Notes: generated by a model from the sequence alone, not told the origin. 64,000 bases of DNA from an uncultured Gemmatimonadales bacterium (GCA_963739455.1 CAVUAK010000001.1:1728001-1792000), one strand, 5' to 3'. Positions 1 through 12,846 are shown, counted from the first letter of the stretch. Made by a program: numbers and translations.

Positions 1-27
1 CGCCTGACCATGGGAAGGGAACAAGGC

Positions 28-745
28 ATGGACGCTGCAAGGATCCTGCTCGCCGACGATGAGGCCACCTTCCTGGCCGCCACCGCCGACCTGCTGCGCC
101 GCGAGGGGTACCACTGTGATGAGGTGGGAGACGCGGCGTCGGCCATCGCTCGCGTCGACCGAAGGACAGTACGACCTGCTGATCACCGACCTTGAAATGC
201 CCGGCAACGCCGACCTGCAGCTGGTGCGCGATGTCAGCGAGAGGAGCGGTGGCCTGCCGGTCATCATCCTTACCGGCTATCCCTCGGTGCGCTCGGCGGT
301 GGCATCCATCGAGTTGCCGGTGGCGGCCTACCTCACCAAGCCGGTGAGCTTTCCGCTCCTGCTGGAAAAGGTGCAGAAGGCGGTGGCCCGCTTCCGCTCC
401 TACCAGGTCATGCATCGCACCGAGGATCGGCTGCGCCGCATGCGCCAGGAAATCGGCGAGGCCCAGAGCGTGGCCCAGGATGGCAACGCCGTCGACGTCT
501 TCCTGGCGCTCACGCTCCGCAACGTCATGGGCTCGCTGACCGACCTGCAGCAGCTGAGCCGCGCCCTCAACAGCGCGCCGTCTGACCAGACGCCGTGCCA
601 GCTGCTCAACTGTCCGCGGGGATTGCAGCTGCAGCAGGCGGTGAAGGACACCGTGGATGTGCTGGAGGAAACCAAGGGCGCCTTCAAGTCCAAGACGCTG
701 GCGGACCTTCGCCGGCGGCTGGAACTGTTGCTCGAACATGTATGA
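28..745 (+). CDS. Response regulator (REC domain plus helical C-terminal region); frameshift near 155-165
   Basis: ORF 10..195 gives RILLADDE (REC beta1). ORF 59..745 gives DLLITDLEMPG, PVIILTG and AYLTKP. ATG at 28. Confidence 0.85.
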
Positions 746-1045
746 TGCGGCGTGATGCATATCACGCGGCGCGACTGTGACAGTGCAGGCTCTTGCGCAC
801 GAAGCGGAGGGTCTTAGGTTGAAAACTGCAGGGAGGCAACGAGCTGTGCTGGTGGCAGCTACCTTGAACGGGCGAACGATGTCGGTTCGCCAGTCGAAGG
901 CGCATGGTGGATCGGCTCCAGTCGATCCCGTGTGCCTTTTTTCGTTTCGGCGCCCCTGCCGCCGGTGATGGGCATAGATCTGGGCCGGCTCCGGCCGGCC
1001 CACCGATATCTCTCGCGGCCTCGCCGCGTACCATTGGAGGATGCA

Positions 1046-1270
1046 ATGAACTGGGATGAGATCAAGGGCTCATGGAAGGAACTGCGCGGCCGTGTCCGGG
1101 AGCAGTGGGGCCAGCTGACCGATGACGACGTGGACATCATCGCGGGCCGGCGGGATCGCCTCGTCGGCATGATCCAGCAGCGGTACGGCACCCTCAAGGA
1201 AGAGGCAGACTCGCAGGTAGTCGCGTTCGAGCGACGCCTGGCCGATATCCACAGTCCGGTCAATTCGTGA
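1046..1270 (+). CDS. CsbD family stress protein
   Basis: MNWDEIKGSWKELRGRVREQWGQLTDDD...GRRDRLVGMIQQRYG; GGAGG RBS at 1036-1040. Confidence 0.9.
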   Translation: MNWDEIKGSWKELRGRVREQWGQLTDDDVDIIAGRRDRLVGMIQQRYGTLKEEADSQVVAFERRLADIHSPVNS

Positions 1271-2298
1271 CCTGGCCGCTCGTCGGCATCTTCTTTCTCG
1301 TAGCAGTCGCGGCACTCAAGATCGGGAGCACACTCGTGCTCCCGATCGTCGTGTCCCTCCTCTTCACCTTCCTGCTCGGCCCGCCCGTCCGCTGGCTCAA
1401 GAGGCACCGCATCCCCGAGGCGCTCGGTGCCGGAGTGCTGGTGTTCGGCACCGTGATCGTCATCTGCGGGTCCATGTTTTTCCTGGCCGATCCGGCGTCC
1501 GAGTGGATCGAGCGGGCGCCCAAGACCATGCAACAGGTGGAACGGAAGCTGAAGGGTGTGATCCGGCCACTCGCCAGCATCCAGGCCACCGCCAGCAAGG
1601 TGGAAGAAGTCACCACGCCCACGGGGAAGGGTGACGACACCCAGAAGGTGGAACTCGCCAAGCCGGGGCTGTTGAGCCGTCTGTCCGGCACGACGGCCAG
1701 CTTCCTCGGCGCAGCCCTGACAGTGATTTTTCTCACCTACTTCCTGCTGGCTGCCGGTACCCTCTTCCGGCAGAAGCTCGCGGAAGTGCTTCCCGGCCGC
1801 GCTGAACGCGCGCACGTGGTGGAGGCGCTCGCCGAGATCGAGGTGCAGATGTCCCGCTACCTCGTCCTCACCACGATCATCAACGCGGCTGTCGGCTTGC
1901 TTACCTGGGGCGCGCTGGCGCTGCTCGGGATGCCCAACGCCGCGCTCTGGGGCGCCGTAGCGGGCGTGCTCAACTACATCCCGTACGTGGGCGCGCTTGC
2001 GACCCTGATACTGATTGCGGTGGCGGGGCTGGTCTCTTTCGACGAGCCCAAGACCGCGCTGCTCGCCGCCGGGGCGTTCTTCATCATCAACATGATCGAG
2101 AGCAACCTCGCCACGCCGATGATCCTCGGCCGCCGGCTCCCGCTCAACGCGGTGGCGCTGTTCGTGGGCCTGCTCTTCTGGGGGTGGATCTGGGGCATCA
2201 CCGGTGCGGTGCTGGCCGTGCCGCTCACCGTCATGGTCAAGATCATCTGCGATCATGTGAAGCCGCTCGAACCGGTGGCCCTCTTCCTCGACAGCTAG
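1267..2298 (+). CDS. AI-2E family transporter
   Basis: Multi-TM protein with LNYIPYVG, IESNLATPMILG and WGWIWGITGAVLAVPL motifs. Confidence 0.9.
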   Translation: MTWPLVGIFFLVAVAALKIGSTLVLPIVVSLLFTFLLGPPVRWLKRHRIPEALGAGVLVFGTVIVICGSMFFLADPASEWIERAPKTMQQVERKLKGVIRPLASIQATASKVEEVTTPTGKGDDTQKVELAKPGLLSRLSGTTASFLGAALTVIFLTYFLLAAGTLFRQKLAEVLPGRAERAHVVEALAEIEVQMSRYLVLTTIINAAVGLLTWGALALLGMPNAALWGAVAGVLNYIPYVGALATLILIAVAGLVSFDEPKTALLAAGAFFIINMIESNLATPMILGRRLPLNAVALFVGLLFWGWIWGITGAVLAVPLTVMVKIICDHVKPLEPVALFLDS

Positions 2299-2365
2299 CC
2301 GGACGCCGCTGTATCCTATGGGGAGGCGGGTAACCACGATCGACCCGAGTTCCCTGGAGACAGAC

Positions 2366-2665
2366 ATGGATTCCACTGCGCATGGCTCGGCCATGGCGTT
2401 CGGCCTGGCGGGCCTCACCATCCTCCTGCTCACCCTGGCCCTCATCGGGCTTGCCATCGGGGCGCTCGCGCGCTTCCTGCTGCCCGGCCCCGATCCGATG
2501 AGCCTTCCCTCGACGGCAGGGTTCGGCATTGCCGGCTCGCTCATCGGTGGACTGGCGGGCCACTTCACTGGCCTGGGCATGCTGCCGGGCTATGTGCTGT
2601 CGGTGGGCGGTGCCATGGGACTGATCTGGTTCTTCAAGCGACGGGGCGCAAAGCCGGTCGCCTGA
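2366..2665 (+). CDS. GlsB/YeaQ/YmgE (transglycosylase-associated) small membrane protein
   Basis: GLAIGALARFLLPGPDPMS...GIAGSLIGG motif; GGAGA RBS before ATG 2366. Confidence 0.75.
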   Translation: MDSTAHGSAMAFGLAGLTILLLTLALIGLAIGALARFLLPGPDPMSLPSTAGFGIAGSLIGGLAGHFTGLGMLPGYVLSVGGAMGLIWFFKRRGAKPVA

Positions 2666-2672
2666 ATGCGAA

Positions 2673-2709
2673 AACCCCGCCATGCGCACATGGCGGGGTT
2701 CTCGTTTTT
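2673..2709. terminator. Bidirectional intrinsic terminator
   Basis: AACCCCGCCATG-cgca-CATGGCGGGGTT stem flanked by A and T tracts, lying between the convergent CDS and the tRNA operon. Confidence 0.8.
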
Positions 2710-2714
2710 CTCGA

Positions 2715-2789
2715 TCGGGGCGCCCGGATTTGAACCGGGGACCTCCTGCTCCCGAAGCAGGCGCGATAACCGGGCTTCGCTACGCCCCG
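2715..2789 (-). tRNA. tRNA-Pro(CGG)
   Basis: Reverse complement CGGGGCGTAGCG...CCTGC-TTCGGGA-GCAGG...GGTTCAAATCC...GCCCCGA; CCA not encoded. Confidence 0.95.
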
Positions 2790-2799
2790 TACTACCTAG

Positions 2800-2873
2800 T
2801 GCGCCCAAGAGGACTTGAACCTCTAACCTTCTGATCCGTAGTCAGATGCTCTATCCAATTGAGCTATGGGCGC
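2800..2873 (-). tRNA. tRNA-Arg(ACG)
   Basis: GCGCCCATAGCTCAATTGGATAGAGC; anticodon arm TCTGA-CTACGGA-TCAGA; GGTTCAAGTCC. Confidence 0.95.
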
Positions 2874-2913
2874 GTCAGCGGACCGGCGTCCGCCCCAACA
2901 CAACTCCTCTACA

Positions 2914-2987
2914 TGGGCGGTACAAGGCTCGAACTTGTGACCTCCACGATGTCAACGTGGCGCTCTAACCAACTGAGCTAACCGCCC
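2914..2987 (-). tRNA. tRNA-Val(GAC)
   Basis: GGGCGGTTAGCTCAGTTGGTTAGAGC; anticodon arm CCACG-TTGACAT-CGTGG. Confidence 0.95.
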
Positions 2988-2991
2988 TACA

Positions 2992-3032
2992 GGCGGCAAG
3001 GCGGCAGGCATGCCGCCCTGCCGCCTTGCCGC
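2992..3032. repeat. Inverted octamer array (GGCGGCAR) hairpin in tRNA spacer
   Basis: GCGGCAAGGCGGCAGG-catgccgc-CCTGCCGCCTTGCCGC, a perfect 16-bp stem. Confidence 0.85.
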
Positions 3033-3040
3033 ATTCGAAA

Positions 3041-3114
3041 TAGCGGGGGTGGGATTTGAACCCACGACCTCCGGGTTATGAGCCCGGCGAGCTACCAGAC
3101 TGCTCCACCCCGCG
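3041..3114 (-). tRNA. Initiator tRNA-fMet(CAT)
   Basis: CGCGGGGTGGAGCAGTCTGGTAGCTCG; anticodon arm CCGGG-CTCATAA-CCCGG with three G-C pairs; unpaired C1:T72. Confidence 0.95.
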
Positions 3115-3149
3115 ACGCTGCCCGATGTTCCGGGCGATATTCCCTGGAG

Positions 3150-3222
3150 AGCGGGAAACGGGACTCGAACCCGCGACCCCAACCTTGGCAAGGTTGTGCT
3201 CTACCAACTGAGCTATTCCCGC
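3150..3222 (-). tRNA. tRNA-Gly(GCC)
   Basis: GCGGGAATAGCTCAGTTGGTAGAGC; anticodon arm CAACC-TTGCCAA-GGTTG. Confidence 0.95.
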
Positions 3223-3314
3223 TTGACGGAAGCGGATTGTAGCGCGCGACCTGCGCCGTCCGCAACCGTTTTTTCCAGCTTCGCCGCGACGCTGCTAACG
3301 CCCGGCGAACCGAG

Positions 3315-3387
3315 TGGAGGCGAGGGGGATCGAACCCCTGACCTCGTGAATGCCATTCACGCGCTCTCCCAACTGAGCTACGCCCCC
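3315..3387 (-). tRNA. tRNA-Ala(GGC)
   Basis: GGGGGCGTAGCTCAGTTGGGAGAGC; anticodon arm CGTGA-ATGGCAT-TCACG; G3:U70 pair. Confidence 0.95.
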
Positions 3388-3432
3388 TATATATTGGGCG
3401 GCCCCGGAACCGAGGGACCGAAGCAGCACGGG

Positions 3433-3461
3433 AACCTATGAGCGGGCTCTAGGGGTGTCAA
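3433..3461 (-). promoter_or_regulatory. Sigma70 promoter of the tRNA operon
   Basis: TTGACA (3461-3456), 17-nt spacer, TAGGTT (3438-3433). Confidence 0.75.
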
Positions 3462-3521
3462 GCGACAGTACAATGCGCGCGTACAGGGTGCCGCGCCGTT
3501 TTGGACAGCAATCGGAGCGTC

Positions 3522-4638
3522 ATGCCGAGTAGCGGGAAGAAAGACGAACAGCCGGCGAAGCCGGCGAAGAAGGCGGTCAAGCGCGCGCGCGGCGGACCCG
3601 CCAAGGCGCCGGCCGGGAAGAAGGCACGCGCCGGTCGCGCGGCATCCGATCCGGTCGTCGAGGCGCCGAAGAAGGTCGAGCCGGTGTGGGATCCGCATCA
3701 GCCGCTCCCAGCGCACCTCACGTACCGCCCAGATCCTCGCGGCCACGCCACCCACCAAGCCGCGTCGCACTCGCAAGCGGGAGACGTCCAAGTCGCTCGG
3801 TGTCTACGACGCCGACAAGGACATCCTCGACCAGTACCTGTACGAAGTGAGCATGACGCCGCTGCTCACGCCGCAGCAGGAAATCGCCATCGCGAAGCGG
3901 GTGCGCGGCGGCGACCCCGAGGCCATGCAGGAACTGGTGAAGCGCAACCTCCGGTTCGTCATTTCCGTGGCCAAGAAATACCAGAACCGCGGCCTGCCCC
4001 TCACCGACCTCATCGGCGAGGGCAACGTCGGGCTGCTCACCGCCGCCCGGAAGTTCGACCCCGACCAGGGCGTGAAGTTCATTTCCTACGCCGTCTGGTG
4101 GATCCGCCAGGCCATCCTCGCCTCGCTCGCGCGCCAGGGCCGCACCGTCCGCGTGCCGCTCAACCGCACCGCCGATCTCTCCCGCATCGTGCGCACCGCC
4201 GAGACGCTGCGCCAGGAACTGCGGCGCGAGCCTACGCCGGAGGAAATTGCGAACTCCACCGGGCTCTCCCTCGATGTGGTGCAGTCGCTCGCCGCGCTCA
4301 ACACCGCCGAGGTGCGGCTCGACGCCCCGCTCGATCCCGAGGGCGACCGGTCCCTGATGGACCGGTTCGTCGCCGAAGACGGCAACTCGACCGAGGACCA
4401 GGCGATGGACGCCTTCCTCTCCGAGGAAATCGAGTCGGCGCTCCGCACCCTGCCGCCCCGCGATGCCAAGGTCCTGCGCCTCTATTTCGGCCTCGATGAC
4501 GGCCGCGAGCACACCCTCGAGGAAATCGGCGGCATGCTCGGCGTCACGCGCGAGCGGGTCCGCCAGCTCCGCGATCGCGCCCTCAAGCGCCTGCGCGAGG
4601 GCGACGTCGGCCGCGCGCTCGCGAGCTTCGCGGCGTAA
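3522..4638 (+). CDS. RNA polymerase sigma70 factor, RpoD/RpoS family, with Lys/Ala-rich N-terminal extension; frameshift near 3720
   Basis: Region 1.2 DILDQYLYEVSMTPLLT, region 2 NLRFVISVAKKY/KFISYAVWWIRQAI, region 4 TLEEIGGMLGVTRERVRQ. N-terminus lies in the frame of ORF 3501. Confidence 0.9.
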
Positions 4639-4658
4639 ATAGCTGTACCTTAGTGGCC

Positions 4659-5420
4659 ATGCTTCGGGCCGCTGAGACTCGCCCTCCTCTCCTGGTTGGA
4701 TTCTTCGATGAGGTGGGCCGGATCACGCTCCGGGTGTCCCGCGCGTTGCGCGACGTGCGGACATGGCGCCCGGTGCTGCTGGACCAGATGGTGGTGCTCG
4801 GCGTGAACTCCGTGCCGATCGCCATCTTTCTCGCCGTCTTCACCGGCATCGTCCTCGCCCTTCTCGCGTCCTACATCTTCACCAACACCGTTCCGCTGTA
4901 CCTGGTCGGTTCCCTGGTGGGGAAGACGATCATGATGGAACTGGCGCCGGTGCTCACCGGCATGGCGCTCGCCGGCCGCGTCGGCGCCAGCATCGCGGCG
5001 GAACTCGGCACCATGCGGGTCACCGAGCAGGTGGACGCGCTCGAGACCCTCTCCTACGATCCGATCGCCTATCTCGCCGTGCCGCGCGTCCTCGCCGCCA
5101 CCCTCATGTTCCCGGTGGTCACCGCCCTCGCCATGCTGGTGGGCGTGTTCTCCGGCTGGATCGCGTCCACCTTCATCCTCGAGCTGCCGGCGCAGGAGTT
5201 CGTGCGCGGCCTGCGCCAGTTCTACCAGTTCAAGGACATCTGGTACGGACTGGTGAAGGCCGCCAGCTTCGGCACCGCGGTGGCGCTCATGGGATGCATG
5301 CAGGGCTTCGCGAGCAGTGGCGGCGCCGCCGGCGTCGGTGCCGCGGCCACCCGCGCCGTCGTCTTCGGCTGCATGGCCATCCTGGTGCTGGACGCCTTCT
5401 GGGCCGTGGTGCTGCTGTGA
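4659..5420 (+). CDS. mlaE: ABC transporter permease MlaE family
   Basis: ELAPVLTGMALAGRVGASIAAELGTMRVTEQVDALE signature. Confidence 0.9.
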   Translation: MLRAAETRPPLLVGFFDEVGRITLRVSRALRDVRTWRPVLLDQMVVLGVNSVPIAIFLAVFTGIVLALLASYIFTNTVPLYLVGSLVGKTIMMELAPVLTGMALAGRVGASIAAELGTMRVTEQVDALETLSYDPIAYLAVPRVLAATLMFPVVTALAMLVGVFSGWIASTFILELPAQEFVRGLRQFYQFKDIWYGLVKAASFGTAVALMGCMQGFASSGGAAGVGAAATRAVVFGCMAILVLDAFWAVVLL

Positions 5421-5431
5421 GTTTCAGCTGG

Positions 5432-5453
5432 TCACGTCCTCACGTCTCACGCC
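5432..5453 (+). repeat. Octamer micro-array (TCACGTCC family, 3 units)
   Basis: TCACGTCC-TCACGTC-TCACGCC between mlaE and mlaF. Confidence 0.7.
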
Positions 5454-5461
5454 GTGGCGCC

Positions 5462-6201
5462 GTGATCGTCTCCGCGATGTCTACAAGTCGTTCGGCACCA
5501 AGGAAGTCCTTCGCGGCTTCTCGCTCGACGTTCCCGAGGGGAAGAACACCGTCCTCCTCGGATTCTCGGGCAGTGGAAAGAGCGTCACCCTGAAGCTGAT
5601 CGCCGGCTTGCTCGCCCCCGACTCCGGTGAAGTACTGGTCGATGGCAAGAGCGTTCCCGACCTCGATCCCGACGGACTCACGCTGCTTCGTCGCGATATC
5701 GCGTTCGTCTTCCAGTTCGCGGCGCTCTTCGACTCGATGACGGTGGAGGAGAACATCCGGCTCGGCCTGCGGAAGCAGGGCATGGACGACGCCAACCAGC
5801 GGATCCGGGTCAGGGAAAGCCTGGCCCTGGTCAACCTGGAGGGCGCCGAGGGACGGTACCCGGCCGAGTTGTCGGGCGGCATGCGGAAGCGGGTCGGGAT
5901 CGCGCGCGCAGTGGCGCTGAAGCCGCGCTACATTCTGTATGATGAACCCACCACTGGACTCGATCCGGTGACGTCGGCGGTCATCGACGACCTGATGGTG
6001 CGCACGCGCGATCTCGGTGCAACCGGCCTGATCGTGACGCATGACTTGCGCACCGCCTTCAAGTGTGGAGATCGCATCGCGATGTTGTACGAGGGCCGCC
6101 TGCGCGCGGTCGGCACCGGCGACGAACTGCGCCGGAGTGACGATCCGGTGGTTACCGACTTCATCGAGGGCCGGCCCGCCGTGACCGAGGGGGTGACGTG
6201 A
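5462..6201 (+). CDS. mlaF: ABC transporter ATP-binding protein MlaF family; start GTG offset by a 1-nt indel
   Basis: Walker A GFSGSGKS, LSGGMRKRVGIARA, YDEPTTGLDP. Restoring one C gives GTG ATC CGT CTC CGC (MIRLRDVYKSFG). Confidence 0.9.
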
Positions 6202-7185
6202 AGCGTCGGCGTGAATTCGTCGTCGGGGTGACGGTCGTCGCGGCGATCATCGCGGTGGCGGCAGGCGCCCTCTGGCTCTCCCAGACGAGCCTGAACCGCG
6301 ACCAGGTGGTGCGGAGCGCGCGCTTCCGCGAGGTCGGCGGACTCAAGCCCGGCGCGCCGGTGACGCTTGCGCGGCGTGAAGGTCGGTCGCGTCACGGCGA
6401 TCCGCCTCGCCGCCGATGAATGGGTGCAGGTGGACATGCAGTTCGAGCGCACCGCCGACCTGCCGCCCGATCCCGCGGTCGTTGCGGCCTCGTCCAGCCT
6501 CTTCGGCGAGTGGCGCGCCAATATCCTCGGCCTCGCCGAGCAGCAGGACGATCCCGAGCTGAGCGCGGCCCTCGAGCAGGCGCGCGCACCCGGTGGTGAG
6601 GCCTGGCCCGGTGCCACGCTGCCGGACATCGGCGAGCTGACCCAGCAGGCCAGCCGCATCGCCGGCGACGTCGCCAACGTCACCAAGCGGCTCGAGGGCG
6701 TGCTCGACAGCAATGCGGTGAAGGAACTCAAGGCGAGCATCCAGGATCTCTCCCAGATTTCGCGACGGCTGTCCGGCTTTGCCCGGGCGCAGACGCAGCG
6801 CCTCGACACCGTGGGCAACAACATCTCGCTGGGATCGAGCGCCTTCGTGCGCACCGTCACCCGGCTCGACTCGGCCACCTCCGGGAGCTATGTGCCCGAG
6901 GTGGCGGGCAACACCCGCGCGGCCATGGCCGACCTCCGCCAGGCGGCCGCCGACCTGCGTCAGGTCACCGACGCCGCAGCGCAGAACAAGGTGAGCATGG
7001 TCCAGGCGCTGCAGTCCGCCGATTCCATCCTGAGGCGGATCGAACGGGGGCAGGGAACGCTTGGCATGCTGGCGAGTGACACGATGCTGTACCGGGAAGC
7101 GACGCTCACCTTCCAGGAAGCCCGGGCCTTGATCGCCGATATCCGGAACAATCCGAAGAAGTACCTGAAGGTGAGTGTGTTCTAG
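6198..7185 (+). CDS. mlaD: MCE/MlaD family protein; frameshift near 6370
   Basis: N-terminal TM, FREVGGLKPGAPVTL+RGVKVGRV, C-terminal GQGTLG...DIRNNPKKY. Confidence 0.88.
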
Positions 7186-7186
7186 G

Positions 7187-7678
7187 ATGGTCAAGCGCCC
7201 GGTCGACCTCGAAGTGAGCGCAGGCGGCATCGTCTTTCGGCGGGAGCCCGATGGCGTCGCGCATTTCCTGCTCATCAAGGACTCGTATCACAACTGGGGG
7301 TTCCCGAAGGGGCACCTCGAGGACGGCGAGACGCCGGCCCAGGCGGCGCTGCGCGAGACCCAGGAAGAGACCGGGCTCGAGCACCTCAACCTGCACGGGC
7401 CCATTCGCCTCATCGACTGGCACTTCCGGTTTCGTGGCCGGCGCATCCACAAGTACTGCCATTTCTTCCTGCTCGAGTCGCCCGATGGCGACGCGGCACC
7501 GCAGACCGACGAGGGCATCACCGCGGTGCGCTGGTGCACCCTCGATGAAGCGCTCGACGCGCTGAGCTATGACAACGCGCGTGGCGTCCTCAAGCGCGCG
7601 GGCGAGATGGCCCGGACGCTCGTGGCGGTGGGCGCCGGCCGTCCCCGCCGGGAACCAGATCCCTCCGTAACCAGCTAG
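7187..7678 (+). CDS. NUDIX hydrolase (Ap4A hydrolase-like)
   Basis: SAGGIV, WGFPKGHLEDGETPAQAALRETQEETG Nudix box. Confidence 0.9.
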   Translation: MVKRPVDLEVSAGGIVFRREPDGVAHFLLIKDSYHNWGFPKGHLEDGETPAQAALRETQEETGLEHLNLHGPIRLIDWHFRFRGRRIHKYCHFFLLESPDGDAAPQTDEGITAVRWCTLDEALDALSYDNARGVLKRAGEMARTLVAVGAGRPRREPDPSVTS

Positions 7679-7688
7679 CCCGCTCCAG

Positions 7689-8457
7689 GTGTCTGTCATC
7701 GCCGTGCTGGCCCCGGGGCCGGGGAGCGCGGTGCTCCGTCGCTCGATGCCACGAGCCGGTGTGCGGCTGGCGCGCTGCCGCGGCGCCGAGGCACTCTGGC
7801 GTCTCGCGACCAGCCGTCTCCTCGATGCCGTCATCCTTTCGCCCCTCGGCGCCGGCTTCGCCGTCCTGCGGGACGTGCGGGAGCACCTGCCGGCGCTGCC
7901 GGTCGTGGCCTGGGCGCCCGTTCCGGGCCGACGATGGGGAGGCGCTCGCCGCATGCAGGGAGGGCGGCGTCGCCGCGCTGGTCGTCGAGGGGGTCGACGA
8001 TGCCGTGGCCGGTGAGCTCGTGAGCCGGGCCACGCTGGCGGCCCAGCGTCGTCGCCTGCTCGCCGATGGACCGCGGGTGCTGCGCCTCACCGAACCGCTG
8101 CAGCTGCGAGCCTGGGACCTGGTCATCCGCGATGTCGAGGCTCCGCTTCGAACCGAGCAGATCGCCAGTCGCCTTCGCGTGAGCCGCGAACATCTCTCTC
8201 GTCAGTTCGGCGCCGGCGGGGCTCCCAACCTCAAGCGCGTCATCGATCTGGCCCGTGTCGCCTGTGCCGCCCAATTGCTCCAGAACCCCCGCACACCGCC
8301 TCCCGTCACCGCGGAGATCCTTCGCTACGCCTCCGCGAGCCACCTGGCGGCCACCGTCCGCCGCATCGCCAATGTGGGGGTTGGGGAACTGGCGGAACTC
8401 GGCCCGCACGGGGTACTGTCGGCTTTCGTGCGAGGCCGGACGCGAAGCCGGGAGTAG
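7689..8457 (+). CDS. AraC-type HTH transcriptional regulator with degenerate REC-like N-terminus; frameshift near 7920
   Basis: IASRLRVSREHLSRQF and AEILRYASASHL twin-HTH pattern. Confidence 0.7.
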
Positions 8458-8458
8458 T

Positions 8459-8524
8459 GAGGGCGGGATGGCGGGAAGTGAATACGCGGCATCCCCGTCC
8501 TCCCCGCCCTCCCCGCCGTTTTTC
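8459..8524 (+). repeat. Inverted 8-9-nt micro-arrays forming a terminator-like hairpin
   Basis: GGCGGGAT-GGCGGGAA ... TCCCCGTCC-TCCCCGCCC-TCCCCGCC followed by GTTTTTC. Confidence 0.6.
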
Positions 8525-8526
8525 CC

Positions 8527-8561
8527 TTGCCCGACCCCCGCCTTGTGCCTATTTTCACAAG
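8527..8561 (+). promoter_or_regulatory. atp operon sigma70 promoter overlapped by a Rex/CRP-like operator
   Basis: TTGCCC (8527-8532), 17-nt spacer, TATTTT (8550-8555); palindrome CTTGTG-CCTATTTT-CACAAG at 8542-8561. Confidence 0.65.
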
Positions 8562-8606
8562 CTATTCCCGAACCGTTTCCTAACCGCCTTTTCCAGTGCG
8601 AATCTC

Positions 8607-10177
<1,571 letters not shown>

Positions 10178-10181
10178 CCGG

Positions 10182-11072
10182 ATGGCCTCGGCAAATCGCG
10201 CGCTGCTCCGGCGAATCCGCTCGGTCCAGAACACGCGCAAGATCACCGAAGACCATGGAGCTCGTCTCGGCGTCCAAGCTGAGGCGGGCCACCGAGCGCG
10301 TCGCCGCGGCCCGGCCCTACGCCGAGGCGCTGGGCGAGGTGCTGGGTGACCTGCCTGACGGCCGAGCTGGTGCAGCGGTTTCCGCTGCTGCGCACGCCCG
10401 CATCGCACCGTCGAAGGGCGGCCCCGGCGCGGGCCGCCGTGCTGCTGGTGACGTCGAATCGCGGCCTTGCGGCGCATTCAATTCGAACCTGATCAAGGAA
10501 GGCGCGCCGGCGCATCGCCGCCCTCGAGGCTGAGGGCTACACGGTGGATGTGCTACGCGATCGGCAAGAAGGGCGTCAGCTTCTTCCGCTTCATGGGCCG
10601 GAAGATGTCGCTCGAGCGCGTCGACATCGGCGACAAGCCGACGGCCGCACACGCCGCAGAGCTGGCCCAGCCGCTCATCGACGCCTTCGTGGCGGGCACG
10701 CTCGGCCGGGTCGAGTTCGTCCACACCAGGTACAACAGCCCGCTCTCGACGCCGCCCACCACGACGCAGGTGCTGCCGGTCGTGGCGCCAATGGCCGAGG
10801 GCAGGCGCCAGCGCGACTACCTGCTGGCACCGAGCGCCGAGGCGATCCTCGAGGAGCTGCTGCCACTGTACGTCCGCAATGCCATCTATCGCGGGCTGGT
10901 GGAGACGGCCGCGGGTGAGCACGGCGCGCGCCGCACGGCCATGAAGAGCGCCACCGACAACGCGCAGGAACTGCTGGGCACGCTCAAGCGGTCGTACAAC
11001 CGCCAGCGCCAGGCCGGTATCACGCAGGAACTTTCGGAAATCGTCGGCGGAGCGGCGGCGCTTGAGGGCTGA
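10182..11072 (+). CDS. atpG: F1F0 ATP synthase subunit gamma; several frameshifts
   Basis: [62 protein letters not shown]. Confidence 0.95.
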
Positions 11073-11076
11073 GGCT

Positions 11077-11108
11077 TCACGTCCTCACGTCCTCACGTCC
11101 TCACGTCC
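11077..11108 (+). repeat. Octamer micro-array (TCACGTCC)x4
   Basis: Four perfect units immediately after the atpG stop. Confidence 0.9.
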
Positions 11109-11145
11109 GAAGCACTGAACGAAGATCACCAAGGGAACAGGTTAC

Positions 11146-12576
<1,431 letters not shown>

Positions 12577-12577
<1 letters not shown>

Positions 12578-12846
12578 TGCGAGTCACGATCATCTCTCCC
12601 GAAGCCAGCATGTTCGACGGTGAGGCGGAGGCCGTCACGGCCCCCGCCTTCGACGGACAGGTTGGTATTCTGCCGCGGCACGCCCCTTTCATGACATTGC
12701 TCGGAGAGGGCCGTCTGGTCGTACGCCAGGCTGGCTCCGCCCGGGCATTCCGCGTGAAAGGCGGCTTTCTGCAGGTGGTCGATGACCGCGTGCGGATAGT
12801 TGCAGAACAGGTTCAGGGAGACGACAATGCTGCGAATTCGCCATAA
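12577..12846 (+). CDS. atpC: F1F0 ATP synthase subunit epsilon (short; beta-sandwich domain only)
   Basis: IISPE...GQVGILPRHAPFMT...VKGGFLQV; 89 aa. Confidence 0.92.

Noticed and set aside
859..2580. Long antisense ORFs (also 8827..10194, 20192..21850, 36243..37814 and others)
   Set aside because: Shadow ORFs typical of high-GC DNA opposite well-supported genes; no motifs.
2715..3387. tRNA-targeted genomic island
   Set aside because: No integrase and no duplicated tRNA 3' end seen in the window.
11077..11108. Short repeat arrays (also 29889, 45936, 47334) as CRISPR
   Set aside because: Units are 7-8 nt and directly tandem, with no unique spacers and no cas genes.
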